A DNA stretch of 64,000 nt from Candidatus Shapirobacteria bacterium (GCA_043822685.1 JBDRBL010000003.1:4659-68658), one strand, 5' to 3'. Positions 48,695-58,966 are shown, counted from the first letter of the stretch. The notes: generated by a model from the sequence alone, not told the origin. Numbers and translations: made by a program.

Positions 48695-49627
48695 CTACAA
48701 AGAAGATAGTGTTATTTGGTGAATGTCTTTGGTGCCAGTGAGGGCCATAACTAGGCGATCAACACCGAGAGCCATGCCGGCGGTAGGGGGTAGACCACGT
48801 TTGAGAGCGGCAATAAATTTGCGATCATAATCGAAAACTTTCATCCCGCGTTTTTTTCTTTCTTGTATATCAATTTGGAATCTTTTTTTTTGTTCTTGGG
48901 CATCGGTTAACTCGGTATAGCCGTTGGCAATTTCCAAACCCTTTAGATGAAACTCAACTCTTTCGGCCCAGTGAGGCGGTTCTTTTTTAGTTTGCGCCAA
49001 CTCGGCCAAAAGGGGTGGATAATCAAGCAGAAAAAAGGCCGGTAAAGTGCAAAGCTTCGGTTCGACTTCGTTTAGAAAAATCTGGTGATAGAGCTGCTCC
49101 CAAGTGGTTACTTTTTCTACTCGATAACCTTTTTTCTGGGCGATTTGGCGGGCTTTGTTAATGTCAAGAAATTCGATTAAATTAACACCGGCGTAACGCT
49201 GAAAAACTTCCTGGCAGGTTAGTTGAGGATAGGGCGGCGAGGGTGATTTTAGGGCTGTTTTTTGGCTAATAAGAGCAACTAAATTTTGACAATCGGCGAT
49301 TAAATCTGAATAGTTAGCGCCATCACGATACCATTCCAAAATTGTAAATTCGCGTAAATGCAAACAATCGTTTTCTTCGTTTTCGCGAAAAGATTTAGTG
49401 ATCTGATAAATATTTCTGGCGCCCTCACTAATGAGTTTTTTAAGGTAAATTTCCGGAGAGGGGGAGAGATAATATGTCTCTTGGCCAGATTTAACTTCAA
49501 AGACTTCATGATACAAACTGGGATCCGGATGTTTGACCAACAACGGCGTGTCCGCTTCCGAAAAACCCTTTTGGGTAAAAAATTCCCGAATGGCGGCAAA
49601 AATCTGGGCTTTGAGTTGGAAATCCAT
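48695..49627 (-). CDS. epmA: EF-P lysine ligase (EpmA/GenX)
   Basis: SPE, FRENE, EFTILEWY, EIANGY.EL, GMALGVDRL; no anticodon domain; adjacent to efp. Confidence 0.88.
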   Translation of the reverse strand: MDFQLKAQIFAAIREFFTQKGFSEADTPLLVKHPDPSLYHEVFEVKSGQETYYLSPSPEIYLKKLISEGARNIYQITKSFRENEENDCLHLREFTILEWYRDGANYSDLIADCQNLVALISQKTALKSPSPPYPQLTCQEVFQRYAGVNLIEFLDINKARQIAQKKGYRVEKVTTWEQLYHQIFLNEVEPKLCTLPAFFLLDYPPLLAELAQTKKEPPHWAERVEFHLKGLEIANGYTELTDAQEQKKRFQIDIQERKKRGMKVFDYDRKFIAALKRGLPPTAGMALGVDRLVMALTGTKDIHQITLSSL

Positions 49628-49655
49628 CGGTAAAAGTTGACTTGTCGACAAATTA

Positions 49656-49672
49656 TACTACAATAAGTAGTA
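49656..49672. promoter_or_regulatory. BlaI-type operator 1
   Basis: TACTAC-aataa-GTAGTA overlapping the -10. Confidence 0.8.
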
Positions 49673-49674
49673 TT

Positions 49675-50061
49675 ATGGAAACAAGAATTTTGAGTACCTT
49701 GGAGCAGAAGGTGATGTCTTTGATTTGGGATTGCACGCCCTGTTCGATTAAGGAAATCAAGAGCCGGCTGGACAAAAAAAAGAAGCTGGCGTATACCACA
49801 GTGGCCACGTTAGTTCAGCGTCTTGAGAACAAGGGGATGCTAAAGCGAGTTGCTGATGCCTCTTCGGGGAGTTGTTTTAGATATGCTCCCAAAATGAGTC
49901 GAGAGGCCTACTCGTCGCTGGTGGCTCAATCGTTTATTAGCAACTTTCAACACTCGTTTGGCGACTTGGCGATCGCTTCATTTGCTAACTCCATCAATTC
50001 TCTTAAGAAAGCCAAGCGGGAATATTTCTTAAAGCTTCTCTCAAAGCATGCTAAAAAATAA
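49675..50061 (+). CDS. BlaI/MecI/CopY family repressor
   Basis: LEQKVMSLIW, LAYTTVATLVQRL..KG, RYAP. Confidence 0.92.
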   Translation: METRILSTLEQKVMSLIWDCTPCSIKEIKSRLDKKKKLAYTTVATLVQRLENKGMLKRVADASSGSCFRYAPKMSREAYSSLVAQSFISNFQHSFGDLAIASFANSINSLKKAKREYFLKLLSKHAKK

Positions 50062-51010
50062 ACCGCTGGTTCTTTTGTTTTTGTTTTTGCTTTTTGTCAG
50101 TCTGCTTTTGGGATTTATTTTTGCTAAATATTTTCCCTTTTTGTTTCGTGTGCCGGTGTACTACTGTCAACACCGGCTGTGTTCCACTCTGATTAAGATC
50201 TCCAGTTTTTTGGGAACGACTCTTTTTAGGCTTCTGGTAATCACTCTTCTGATCACTTTGACCAAGACATTTCTGGATTTTTGGCGTGTTGCCGCCCTAC
50301 GTCGTCATCTGACTCCGTTGGCGCTAAGCACCAAATCAAAAAAAATCATGCACGAGCTCAAGTTGGATAAACAAGTAATGATGGTTAAACATGTCGCCCC
50401 TTTTGTTTTTTGTCTGGGCTTTTTCCGTACCAAGATTATCATCTCCGATACTTTTTTAAAACTGCTTACTCCTCGACAATTAAAAGCGGTTTTGTATCAC
50501 GAAAAATATCATCAAGATCATTTTGATGCTTTGATTATGTATCTTGGCCGTTTTTGGCAATCGCTTTTGCCCTTTTTCCCCCTATTAAAAGACCAGTTAA
50601 ACCATTTATCTTTAGACCGGGAAATTAACGCCGATCATCAAGCGATGGTAAAATTGGGGAGCAATCGGCCGCTCGTTTCTACCTTAAAAAAGTTATTGGC
50701 TTACGAGGTTATACCGGCTTATCGAACCTTTCCCTCGTTTTTGGATTCGGAGAAAAATTTGGAGATGCGGATTAAGGCTCTTCTGCATCAAAGTTTCGCC
50801 TCGTCTTCCTTTTCTCGAAAAAATGCGACCTTGAGTTTGATCGTTTTGGTTATTCTTTTAAGTCTACTTTTTCTGCCGCTTAATACGGTCAATATTAATG
50901 CGGCTGGTACCAAAGAGGTGGTGGCCTGTCTGAATGATGAGTCTTGTATCCAAGCATGTCGGCAAGAGGAACATGAGGACGGGGCGCTTTTTGACCAGCT
51001 TCACCCTTGA
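50048..51010 (+). CDS. M56 family (BlaR1-like) membrane metallopeptidase
   Basis: FCLG, HEKYH, REINAD; no penicillin-binding domain. Confidence 0.88.
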   Translation: MLKNKPLVLLFLFLLFVSLLLGFIFAKYFPFLFRVPVYYCQHRLCSTLIKISSFLGTTLFRLLVITLLITLTKTFLDFWRVAALRRHLTPLALSTKSKKIMHELKLDKQVMMVKHVAPFVFCLGFFRTKIIISDTFLKLLTPRQLKAVLYHEKYHQDHFDALIMYLGRFWQSLLPFFPLLKDQLNHLSLDREINADHQAMVKLGSNRPLVSTLKKLLAYEVIPAYRTFPSFLDSEKNLEMRIKALLHQSFASSSFSRKNATLSLIVLVILLSLLFLPLNTVNINAAGTKEVVACLNDESCIQACRQEEHEDGALFDQLHP

Positions 51011-51026
51011 CATCCAATCGATTAAC

Positions 51027-51043
51027 TACTACACTTCGTAGTA
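51027..51043. promoter_or_regulatory. BlaI-type operator 2
   Basis: TACTAC-acttc-GTAGTA; TTGACA(51007)-17-TACACT. Confidence 0.8.
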
Positions 51044-51049
51044 ACCTTT

Positions 51050-51547
51050 ATGAAAAAGTTTGTTGTTGGAGTGATTGTTTTTAGCTTGGTGATTGTTGCT
51101 TTGGGGGTATATCTGCTTTCCCGAGCGCCCGCGAGAGTGGCTCTTTTTCCGGAAAATGAGGCAAGGATTGGCCTTGAAAGCCGACGATATGACTTTGGAT
51201 CGGTAAGGCTAAATTCCGGTTTGATTGTTCATCGTTATGTGATTAGAAATCTGGGTAAGATTGATTTAAAAATTGCCAATCTAGCCAGTTCTTGTGCCTG
51301 TATCAAAGTGTATTTTAAGTCAGCCAATCAGGAAAGTCCGCGCGCCGGCATGAAAGGCATGACCAAAATAAGCGAGTGGATTGGTGTTTTGCAACCGGAA
51401 GAGAGCGGCGAGGTGATTATTGAATTTGATCCCAACTTTCACGGTCCTCAAGGAGTGGGGAAGATCACCCGCGCTGTCAGTTTTGAAACTAACGATCCGC
51501 AAAATCGGTACGTTGAATTAAGTTTTAATGGAGAAGTGACCAAATAA
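51050..51547 (+). CDS. DUF1573 domain protein
   Basis: YDFG, SSCAC, FETNDP. Confidence 0.8.
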   Translation: MKKFVVGVIVFSLVIVALGVYLLSRAPARVALFPENEARIGLESRRYDFGSVRLNSGLIVHRYVIRNLGKIDLKIANLASSCACIKVYFKSANQESPRAGMKGMTKISEWIGVLQPEESGEVIIEFDPNFHGPQGVGKITRAVSFETNDPQNRYVELSFNGEVTK

Positions 51548-51550
51548 AAT

Positions 51551-52396
51551 ATGGGAGAGATACTTTTTCAAACTTCTTTGATCGCCGCTTTCGTTGCCGG
51601 CATGGTGGCTCTTTTTGCTCCTTGTTGTATCACCTTTTTACTGCCAGCTTATTTAGGCAGCGTCTTTAAAGAAAAAGAAAAAGTTTTAGTGATGACTTTA
51701 GTTTTTGGGGCCGGTATTTTTGTGGTTCTTCTGCCGGCAGTAGTGGGAGTGGCCTTTATTTCTCAAGCGCTCTTTCGATACCACAATCTGGTCTATTATC
51801 TGAGCGGAAGTATGATGCTCCTTGTTTCCCTGGTAACGCTTGTGGGTATCAAATTGCCCCTGCCTTATTTTTCGCGCCAAGCCTCGGCTCAAAAAACCGA
51901 CGTTGGCTCAATTTTTATGCTGGGGATGTTTTCCGGTATTACCAGCGCTTGTTGTGCTCCGGTTTTAATTGGGATACTTACTCTGACTTTTTTGTCGCCG
52001 AGTTTTTTGGGGGCGTTGGCGGTAGGGGGTATGTATGTTTTGGGCATGGTAACCCCTTTATTGTTGATCTCTTTATTTTTGGACAACAAAGTACCCAACA
52101 TGGCGATATTGCGTCGGCCAATAATTGCTTTTAAAATTGGAAAAAAGTCTTTTTTTGTCAGTCTAAGCAATCTTGTTGGTGCGGTGATTTTTTTTGTAAC
52201 GGGATTCTTTACTCTTATTTTTACTTACACCGGTATTTTGACGGAAAAGAGTATGGAAAAATTTACCCAAATAATTGGCCGGGCAGCGGTTGCGGCCGAC
52301 GGTTATCTTGGCAATAATCTCGTTCTCAACGGTCTATTCTTTTTCGGAGTGATTCTTTTTATTTACTGGATTATCAGAAAGGCAAAAAAAGAATGA
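51551..52396 (+). CDS. ccdA: CcdA/DsbD transmembrane electron transporter
   Basis: FAPCCITFLLPAYL, SACCAPVL. Confidence 0.85.
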   Translation: MGEILFQTSLIAAFVAGMVALFAPCCITFLLPAYLGSVFKEKEKVLVMTLVFGAGIFVVLLPAVVGVAFISQALFRYHNLVYYLSGSMMLLVSLVTLVGIKLPLPYFSRQASAQKTDVGSIFMLGMFSGITSACCAPVLIGILTLTFLSPSFLGALAVGGMYVLGMVTPLLLISLFLDNKVPNMAILRRPIIAFKIGKKSFFVSLSNLVGAVIFFVTGFFTLIFTYTGILTEKSMEKFTQIIGRAAVAADGYLGNNLVLNGLFFFGVILFIYWIIRKAKKE

Positions 52397-52443
52397 CCAA
52401 GGCAATTGCTAAGAAACTCCCTCTTGACAAGATTTTGTCACCG

Positions 52444-52460
52444 TACTACACTCTGTAGTA
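52444..52460. promoter_or_regulatory. BlaI-type operator 3
   Basis: TACTAC-actct-GTAGTA; TTGACA(52424)-17-TACACT. Confidence 0.8.
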
Positions 52461-52484
52461 TTATAAAAAGTAACCGGTGACCAA

Positions 52485-53282
52485 ATGCTAACTAAGACAG
52501 AGTTTAATCAAAGAAATCAGTTAGAAAAAAAGACAACTCAAGTTTTTGAGAAAACTCAACCTCCTAAAGATTATTTGAGGGTTGTTTTGATTGCTCTTTT
52601 GGTTATTGCTTCTTTTCTTTTGGGAAAGATGTCTACAGGACCGGAACAAAAGACGGTGGCCAATCTGCCTGCTGCTAATAATCTGCCTGTTGCTACTCCC
52701 CAGCCGACGATTGATCCCAGTAAAGTTGATAAACTGGCGGTGACTGATCACCTGCGGGGTGACAAGAATGCCCGATTTCAGTTAATTGTTTATTCTGATT
52801 TAGAATGTCCCTTTAGTAAGAAATTTCAGACGACGATTAAGCAGGCGAGTGATCAGTACAAAAATCAGGTTGCGGTTGTTTATCGGCACTTTCCTTTGGA
52901 TCAGATTCACTCCAAAACTCGAAAAGAGGCTCAAGCAACCGAGTGCGCGGCCAAGTTGGCCGGTAATGAGGGTTTTTGGCGATTGACCGATAAAATCTAC
53001 GAGACGACAAACTCCAATAACAGTTTGGATTTAACGACCTTGCCGACTTTGGCAGTCCAAGTTGGTCTGGACAAAGTTGCTTTTCAAAGTTGCTTAGACA
53101 GTGACAGTGTGGCTCAAACGGTTGAGGCTCAATATCAAAGCGGGGTTAGGGCGGGGGTAAGTGGCACTCCGGGGAGTTTCTTGGTTGATAGCCGAACCGG
53201 AACGGTAAAGTTTATCTCTGGCGCCCAACCCCTTGAACAGTTAAAATCATTAATTGATAGCGCTCTAAGTCAACAACAATGA
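52485..53282 (+). CDS. DsbA/BdbD-like protein (CPFS variant)
   Basis: YSDLECPFS, YRHFPL, GTPG, GAQP. Confidence 0.88.
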   Translation: MLTKTEFNQRNQLEKKTTQVFEKTQPPKDYLRVVLIALLVIASFLLGKMSTGPEQKTVANLPAANNLPVATPQPTIDPSKVDKLAVTDHLRGDKNARFQLIVYSDLECPFSKKFQTTIKQASDQYKNQVAVVYRHFPLDQIHSKTRKEAQATECAAKLAGNEGFWRLTDKIYETTNSNNSLDLTTLPTLAVQVGLDKVAFQSCLDSDSVAQTVEAQYQSGVRAGVSGTPGSFLVDSRTGTVKFISGAQPLEQLKSLIDSALSQQQ

Positions 53283-54736
53283 AACAACATATCTATAAGG
53301 TGCGGGGCATGCATTGTGCTTCCTGTGAACTTATAATTGAGAAAAAATTAATCCAACTTGAAGGTGTGGAAGCGGTAGATGCTTCTACAACCAAAGAAAC
53401 CGTGACTGTTTTTTATAAAGATGAACTTCCTTCAGAAAGTTTGATTAACAAAGTTTTAAAGGAAGACGGTTATTGTGCTTGTGAAAGTGACAGTAAATTT
53501 GAAAATGTTTCTGTTTCAGGTAAAGGTCTTTTTACCGCCATTGGTATGGCTCTCTTGGTCTTTTTTGGTTTCTTACTACTTAATCGTTTGGGGCTGGCCA
53601 GTTTAGTTAATGTGACGGCTTCTTTGTCCTTGCCAACCTTTCTCTTTTTTGGTTTGCTGGCCGGTGTTTCTACCTGTGCGGCTTTGACAGGGGGGATCGT
53701 TCTTTCGATGTCCAAATCTTGGGGTGGCCGGCGCGAACCACATATTTTATTTAATCTTGGTCGAGTGGTCTCGTATGCTTTGTTTGGTGCCATCTTGGGC
53801 ATAACTGGTAGTAAATTACAATTTTCACCGACTTTTAGCGCTTTTTTGGTGATCGCGGTTTCGATTTTTATGATTCTTACTGGCTTGAAAATGCTGGGAG
53901 TTAAAGCTTTGCGCGGTTTCCAAATTGCTTTACCCAAGTCGTGGACTCGCCAAGCGGTCAACGGCCAAAACTTTCAAGGTAGATACATGTCCTTGATAAT
54001 GGGCGCCTTGACGATTCTTCTTCCGTGTGGTTTTACGATTACCGTGGAAAGTTTAGCTTTATTATCCGGCAACCCGATGCAAGGTGCTTTGATTATGGCC
54101 GCTTTCGCTGTGGGGACGGCACCGGGGTTGTTGGCGATTGGCTTTTCGGCGGTTAAAATGGAAAATTCTTCCCGATCAGTGTTGTTTTCCCAAATTGCTG
54201 GGGCATTGATCTTGCTTTTTGCAATTTTTAACATCAACTCCCAACTTAATGTTTTGAGTTTACCCAGTCTGGACAACTTGAGTATTGGATCTTCGACCAA
54301 AGGGCAAATAATCGGGGCGAGTGATGCGAAAGACGGTTTGGCGCCTATTGTTAATGGTAAACAAGTGTTAAAAATGAACGCCAGCGCTTCCGGTTATTCG
54401 CCTAACTATTTCAAAGTACGCGCCGGCACGCCGGTTCGTTGGGAAATTACCGATACTGGCACCAGCGGTTGTACTAACGCGGTAATGTCCCAAAGTCTTT
54501 TTGAAGGTCAAATTCCTCTGACTCCGGGCCAGACGAGTGTCAAGGAATTCACTCCGGCCAAAGCCGGAAAATATAAATTTAGTTGTTGGATGGGTATGGT
54601 GACCGGAGTTATGGAAGTGATTAATCAAGATGGCTCTGGAGTTGTCAATACCGGCGCGACAGCCGAGATTCCTTCCGGAGCGAAAGGGTGTGGGTGCGGC
54701 GGTGGCGGTGGCAGTAGTTGCGGAGGCGGGAGGTAA
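53279..54736 (+). CDS. HMA + DsbD_2/TauE + cupredoxin fusion
   Basis: GMHCASC, STC..GG, LPCG, FSCWMGM, Cys/Gly tail. Confidence 0.88.
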   Translation: MKQHIYKVRGMHCASCELIIEKKLIQLEGVEAVDASTTKETVTVFYKDELPSESLINKVLKEDGYCACESDSKFENVSVSGKGLFTAIGMALLVFFGFLLLNRLGLASLVNVTASLSLPTFLFFGLLAGVSTCAALTGGIVLSMSKSWGGRREPHILFNLGRVVSYALFGAILGITGSKLQFSPTFSAFLVIAVSIFMILTGLKMLGVKALRGFQIALPKSWTRQAVNGQNFQGRYMSLIMGALTILLPCGFTITVESLALLSGNPMQGALIMAAFAVGTAPGLLAIGFSAVKMENSSRSVLFSQIAGALILLFAIFNINSQLNVLSLPSLDNLSIGSSTKGQIIGASDAKDGLAPIVNGKQVLKMNASASGYSPNYFKVRAGTPVRWEITDTGTSGCTNAVMSQSLFEGQIPLTPGQTSVKEFTPAKAGKYKFSCWMGMVTGVMEVINQDGSGVVNTGATAEIPSGAKGCGCGGGGGSSCGGGR

Positions 54737-54737
54737 C

Positions 54738-54950
54738 ATGGCTAAAGTTATGTTAAATATTACCGGTATGCATTGCACTTCGTGTGCCAAGATAATTAAA
54801 ATGGAGCTTAATGATCACCACGGAGTCATTCGGGCGGAGGTTGACGATGTCAAAAAACAGGCTTTGATAGACATTGATCCCAGTCAGACGGATGTTTCTA
54901 AACTTAAAAAACTCATTAATGATTTGGGTTATCAGGCCGAGGAAGTCTGA
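54738..54950 (+). CDS. copZ: CopZ-like heavy-metal chaperone
   Basis: GMHCTSC, LGY. Confidence 0.85.
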   Translation: MAKVMLNITGMHCTSCAKIIKMELNDHHGVIRAEVDDVKKQALIDIDPSQTDVSKLKKLINDLGYQAEEV

Positions 54951-54959
54951 GAAAATTTC

Positions 54960-57383
54960 ATGGACAGTAATAAAATTAAAATAAACGCAATCGGGAATGA
55001 TCCGCTAAAAATTTTTCTGGAAATTAATGTTCATCAATCTGAGCCTGTTGATCAAGTTGAAAATGAACAAACCCAAAACGTTTCCTCAAGGAGGGTAAGT
55101 TTGGTCATTTCAGGTATGCACTGTTCGTCCTGTGCCTTGATTATTGAAAAGTCTCTTAAGAAAATTGCCGGAGTTAAAGAAGCAAATGTCAATTTTGCCG
55201 CCGAAAAAGCGACGATTCAAGTTGAAAACGGAGTTATCGATGAGGTTTTGATAGGGGCGGTTAAAAAAGCCGGGTATGGGGCAACGGTTTTGGATGCTTC
55301 AAATACTGAATTTGAAGCTCAAAAAAAACAACTGGAGATTGGTAGTTTGTTAAAAAGATTTCGCATCAGCTTTATTTTGAGTCTGCCCCTGCTTTATTTT
55401 ATGTTTTTTAATTTTTTTCCAACGCTTCCCGGAAACAAGTTGTTGTTGCCCTATATCGGTCTTATTTCCTTAATTTTGGCCACGCCTGTTCAATTTGTGG
55501 TTGGCGGGAGTTTTTATAAAGGTATGTGGTCGGCCTTGCGCATGAAAACTTTCAATATGGATTCATTAATTGCGATTGGCACTTCGGTGGCATATTTTTA
55601 TAGTTTGATTAACTATTTGACTAAAATTCCGGAGCTTTATTTTGAAACAGCGGCTTTTTTAATTACTTTCGTTACCTTGGGTAAATGGTTGGAAGCCCAA
55701 GCTAAAGGAAAAACTTCGGAAGCGATTAAAAAACTGATGGGGTTACAAGCCAAAACTGCCCGAGTAGTGCGCGATGGGATCACGCAAGATATTCCTTTAG
55801 ATCAAGTCGTTGAGGGCGACACGGTGATTGTTCGGCCCGGGGAAAAAATTCCGGTTGACGGGGTGATTACCAAGGGTTCATCAGCAGTAGACGAATCCAT
55901 GATTACCGGAGAGAGTTTGCCGGTGGAAAAGGTGGTTGAGAGTCGGGTTATCGGCGGGACGATTAATAAAAACGGCAGTTTTGAGTTTACAGCCGATCGT
56001 TTGGGGGCGCAATCAACTTTATCCCAAATTGTGCGTTTGATTGAAGAAGCGCAAGGGTCGAAGGCGCCGATTCAAGCGGTGGCTGATCGGATTTCCGCTT
56101 ACTTTGTGCCGATGGTGATTGGTTTGGCGGTGCTGACCTTTGCCGTGTGGTATTTTGTCTTGGGGGCAACTTTGGGTTTTGCTTTGATGACTTTTACCGC
56201 GGTGATTGTGATTGCCTGTCCGTGCGCTTTGGGTTTGGCCACCCCAACGGCCATTATGGTGGGTACTGGCAAGGGGGCGGAAAACGGGATTTTAATTAAA
56301 GGAGGGGAGCCGTTGGAGATGGCGGGTAAAATCGATACGCTTATTTTTGATAAAACCGGCACGCTGACTAATGGCCAGCCAGTCGTTACGGATGTTGTTG
56401 GTATCAATGATACTGATGATGATGAAGTAATGCAACGGGCCGCCAGTTTGGAAAAACAATCAGAACATCCTTTGGCCGAGGCGATCTATCGCTACGCGCA
56501 AGAAGAGGGCCTAAAGTTAAGCGCGGTGAAGGCTTTTAAGGCGATTCCCGGGCAAGGTGTTCAAGGAAAAATTGAAGATACTTTTTATTATTTTGGCAAC
56601 CGAAAATTAATGACCAACTTTCTTCACCTTGATTTGGAAAAAGTGGAGCGAAAACTGGAGCGTTTGGAGGAACAAGGTAAGACGGCGATGATTTTGGCGA
56701 CACCAAAAAATATTATTGGTCTTATTGCGGTGGCCGATACGATCAAAGCAACTACCCGGGAAGCGATAGAGAAATTAAAAGCCCAGGGCATGGAGCTATA
56801 CATGATTACCGGAGACAATCAGCGGACGGCAGCGGCGATTGCCCAGCAGGTGGGGATTACCAATGTTTTGGCGGAAGTCTTACCGGCCGATAAGGCTTTT
56901 GAAGTCAAAAAGCTTCAAGATTTGGGAAAAAAGGTGGCGATGGTGGGTGACGGTATTAATGACGCGCCGGCTTTGGCTCAAGCCGATTTGGGAATTGCGA
57001 TGGCTTCGGGAACGGATGTGGCGATGGAAACCGGTGGGATCGTGCTGATCAAAAATGATCTGCGCGATGTGGTTCACGCAATTCAACTGGCCAAGGAAAC
57101 GATGGCCAAAATCAGACAAAATTTGTTTTTTGCGCTGTTTTATAATGTCATGGGGATTCCGATTGCGGCGCGTGCTTTGATTGGCGTGGGGCTGGTTTTA
57201 AAGCCCGAGCTGGCCGGTTTGGCGATGGCTTTGAGCTCGATTTCGGTGGTTTCTAACTCTCTGCTTTTAAAATATTTTCGACCAGGCAAGAGAAACTATG
57301 CCTCGATCTTTGCTCCGGCAGTCATGATGTTGGTTTTTTCGCTGTTATTTTTCGAGTTTGCCCGTTTTTCCGCCGGCATGTGA
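54960..57383 (+). CDS. copA: copper-translocating P1B ATPase
   Basis: GMHCSSC, CPC, DKTGT, HP, YN, MALSS. Confidence 0.94.
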   Translation: MDSNKIKINAIGNDPLKIFLEINVHQSEPVDQVENEQTQNVSSRRVSLVISGMHCSSCALIIEKSLKKIAGVKEANVNFAAEKATIQVENGVIDEVLIGAVKKAGYGATVLDASNTEFEAQKKQLEIGSLLKRFRISFILSLPLLYFMFFNFFPTLPGNKLLLPYIGLISLILATPVQFVVGGSFYKGMWSALRMKTFNMDSLIAIGTSVAYFYSLINYLTKIPELYFETAAFLITFVTLGKWLEAQAKGKTSEAIKKLMGLQAKTARVVRDGITQDIPLDQVVEGDTVIVRPGEKIPVDGVITKGSSAVDESMITGESLPVEKVVESRVIGGTINKNGSFEFTADRLGAQSTLSQIVRLIEEAQGSKAPIQAVADRISAYFVPMVIGLAVLTFAVWYFVLGATLGFALMTFTAVIVIACPCALGLATPTAIMVGTGKGAENGILIKGGEPLEMAGKIDTLIFDKTGTLTNGQPVVTDVVGINDTDDDEVMQRAASLEKQSEHPLAEAIYRYAQEEGLKLSAVKAFKAIPGQGVQGKIEDTFYYFGNRKLMTNFLHLDLEKVERKLERLEEQGKTAMILATPKNIIGLIAVADTIKATTREAIEKLKAQGMELYMITGDNQRTAAAIAQQVGITNVLAEVLPADKAFEVKKLQDLGKKVAMVGDGINDAPALAQADLGIAMASGTDVAMETGGIVLIKNDLRDVVHAIQLAKETMAKIRQNLFFALFYNVMGIPIAARALIGVGLVLKPELAGLAMALSSISVVSNSLLLKYFRPGKRNYASIFAPAVMMLVFSLLFFEFARFSAGM

Positions 57384-57395
57384 TAAAATCAAGGT

Positions 57396-57734
57396 ATGAA
57401 ATTGGTGGATGCGGTTTTGAGTCAAAAAGAAATCGTGGAGTTGCACAAACACTATGGCGGTTATGTAAAAATTACGGCAGAAATTGAAAAAGAAGAATTG
57501 ATTGTTGGAACGGAACTCCACGCCGACGGGGAAAAAGTTTTACTGACTCGTGGCGGCCAACAAGACAATATTTGGGGTGGGGGAATTGATTTGGAGGCCA
57601 AGATTGTGGATACTACAGCCGTTTTGAATTTGCGCCCGTGTTTGGGCAATGACAGTTTGGAAATTCTTTTACCGGAAAAAAGAGAAAAATTTATTAAGTT
57701 GGTCAAAAAATATTTTGTCAAGTTATGGTCTTAG
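57396..57734 (+). CDS. DUF5674 family protein, copy 1
   Basis: YVKIT, HAD.E..LL..G..Q.NIWGG, NLRP. Confidence 0.8.
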   Translation: MKLVDAVLSQKEIVELHKHYGGYVKITAEIEKEELIVGTELHADGEKVLLTRGGQQDNIWGGGIDLEAKIVDTTAVLNLRPCLGNDSLEILLPEKREKFIKLVKKYFVKLWS

Positions 57735-57940
57735 ACAAAAAAAGTCTTAAAGCGGATGCTTTGGCCAATCTGTATCGGGCGGCGTATTATTTGGCTAAAG
57801 GTCAGACCTCAACCAGTCGGCTTTTATTGGCCCGCGCTCAAAAAATTTTAAATTTTAATTTGGATCTCGATGCTTCTCGATCCGATCTTTACTGGGCGGA
57901 AAAAATTCTCGATCAGTATCAAAAACAAAAAGTTCAATAG
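57725..57940 (+). CDS. small helical partner of DUF5674, copy 1
   Basis: NLYRAA...RAQKIL...AEKIL; paralog at 60075. Confidence 0.65.
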   Translation: MVLDKKSLKADALANLYRAAYYLAKGQTSTSRLLLARAQKILNFNLDLDASRSDLYWAEKILDQYQKQKVQ

Positions 57941-57965
57941 TTCGAATTATTGAAGTATTTATTTT

Positions 57966-57991
57966 ACTATGATGATATGAATCATCGTAGT
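57966..57991. repeat. 26-bp dispersed palindrome copy
   Basis: ACTATGATGATATGAATCATCGTAGT. Confidence 0.85.
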
Positions 57992-58242
57992 GATTTTGTG
58001 AGGGTGATTCTTTTGTTGGGAAAGTCGAACTGTAATTCATAATCAGCAAAGAGTGAGGTGCCGGCCAAAGCCTCCGAACCGGCCGTCAAAGTTGCCGGGA
58101 CCGTTTTGGGATGATCTTTTTCATCCTCAATGGCTAAGTATTTACCCAAGTTCTTTTCTTCCATTTTGCTACTGATTTTCTGGTAAATAGCCAGACCTTT
58201 TTGAGAAAGCTCTTCAGGATAAACGGTTGGCAAGGAATTCAT
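57982..58242 (-). pseudogene. chimera of a DUF5678-like N-terminus and a clan AA aspartic protease C-terminus
   Basis: GKYLAIE joined to EALAGTSLF..YELQFDF; no catalytic DTG. Confidence 0.5.
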
Positions 58243-58276
58243 GCTTTTAGTTTACCAAAATGGTATGATTATTTCA

Positions 58277-58951
58277 ATGCGTCAAATTACCGTTATCAAG
58301 TGGGATGGGCGGAAAGAGCCGTATGAGCAGAATAAGGTCGTTGCCTCGCTCGTGCGCTCTGGGGTTGGTCAAGCCGATTTGGGCAAACTTTTGGGCGAAA
58401 TTGAAGGCGAATTGACCGATCCGATCACCACCAAACGGCTTTTTGAAATTGTTGATAATATTTTGGGTCTGTACAAACTGGAAAAACCGCGAGAGCAATA
58501 TCATTTGCGGGACAAACTGGCGGTAATGGATCCGTTTGAGTTTGAAAAATTTATCCAAAAGATTTTGGAAGAAGAGGGTTATCAATGTGAAGGGAACGTA
58601 GTCGTGCCGGGTTTTTGGGTGGAACACCAGATAGATGTCGTGGCACAAAAGGGTGATAAGGTTGTGATGGTGGAGGTGAAGCATCATGACAATCCCCATC
58701 GACTGACCGGTTTGGGCGATGCCTGTGAGTTGTGGGCGAGGCTGGAAGATTTGGAGCATGGCTATCGGGAAAGCAAAAATCCTTATAATTTCAATCAGGC
58801 GTGGCTGGTGGTCAATACTAAATTTTCCGAACACGCGATCAGATATGCCAAGGGGAAAAATTTGTGGCTGACGGGCTGGCGGTATCAATTAAAAGATGGC
58901 ATTGAAGTCCGAGACGGGCTTGAAAAACAGATAGAAAAAGATTTAATTTAG
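58277..58951 (+). CDS. ATP cone + Mrr-like restriction endonuclease
   Basis: VIKWDGRKEPYE..KV..SL; FEFEKF, HQIDVVA, VEVKHH, VNTKFS. Confidence 0.85.
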   Translation: MRQITVIKWDGRKEPYEQNKVVASLVRSGVGQADLGKLLGEIEGELTDPITTKRLFEIVDNILGLYKLEKPREQYHLRDKLAVMDPFEFEKFIQKILEEEGYQCEGNVVVPGFWVEHQIDVVAQKGDKVVMVEVKHHDNPHRLTGLGDACELWARLEDLEHGYRESKNPYNFNQAWLVVNTKFSEHAIRYAKGKNLWLTGWRYQLKDGIEVRDGLEKQIEKDLI

Positions 58952-58966
58952 TTTAAAGGAGGTTGT

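Noticed and set aside
24508-57991. The 26-bp palindromes as a CRISPR array
   Set aside because: The copies are kilobases apart, with no repeat-spacer periodicity and no cas genes
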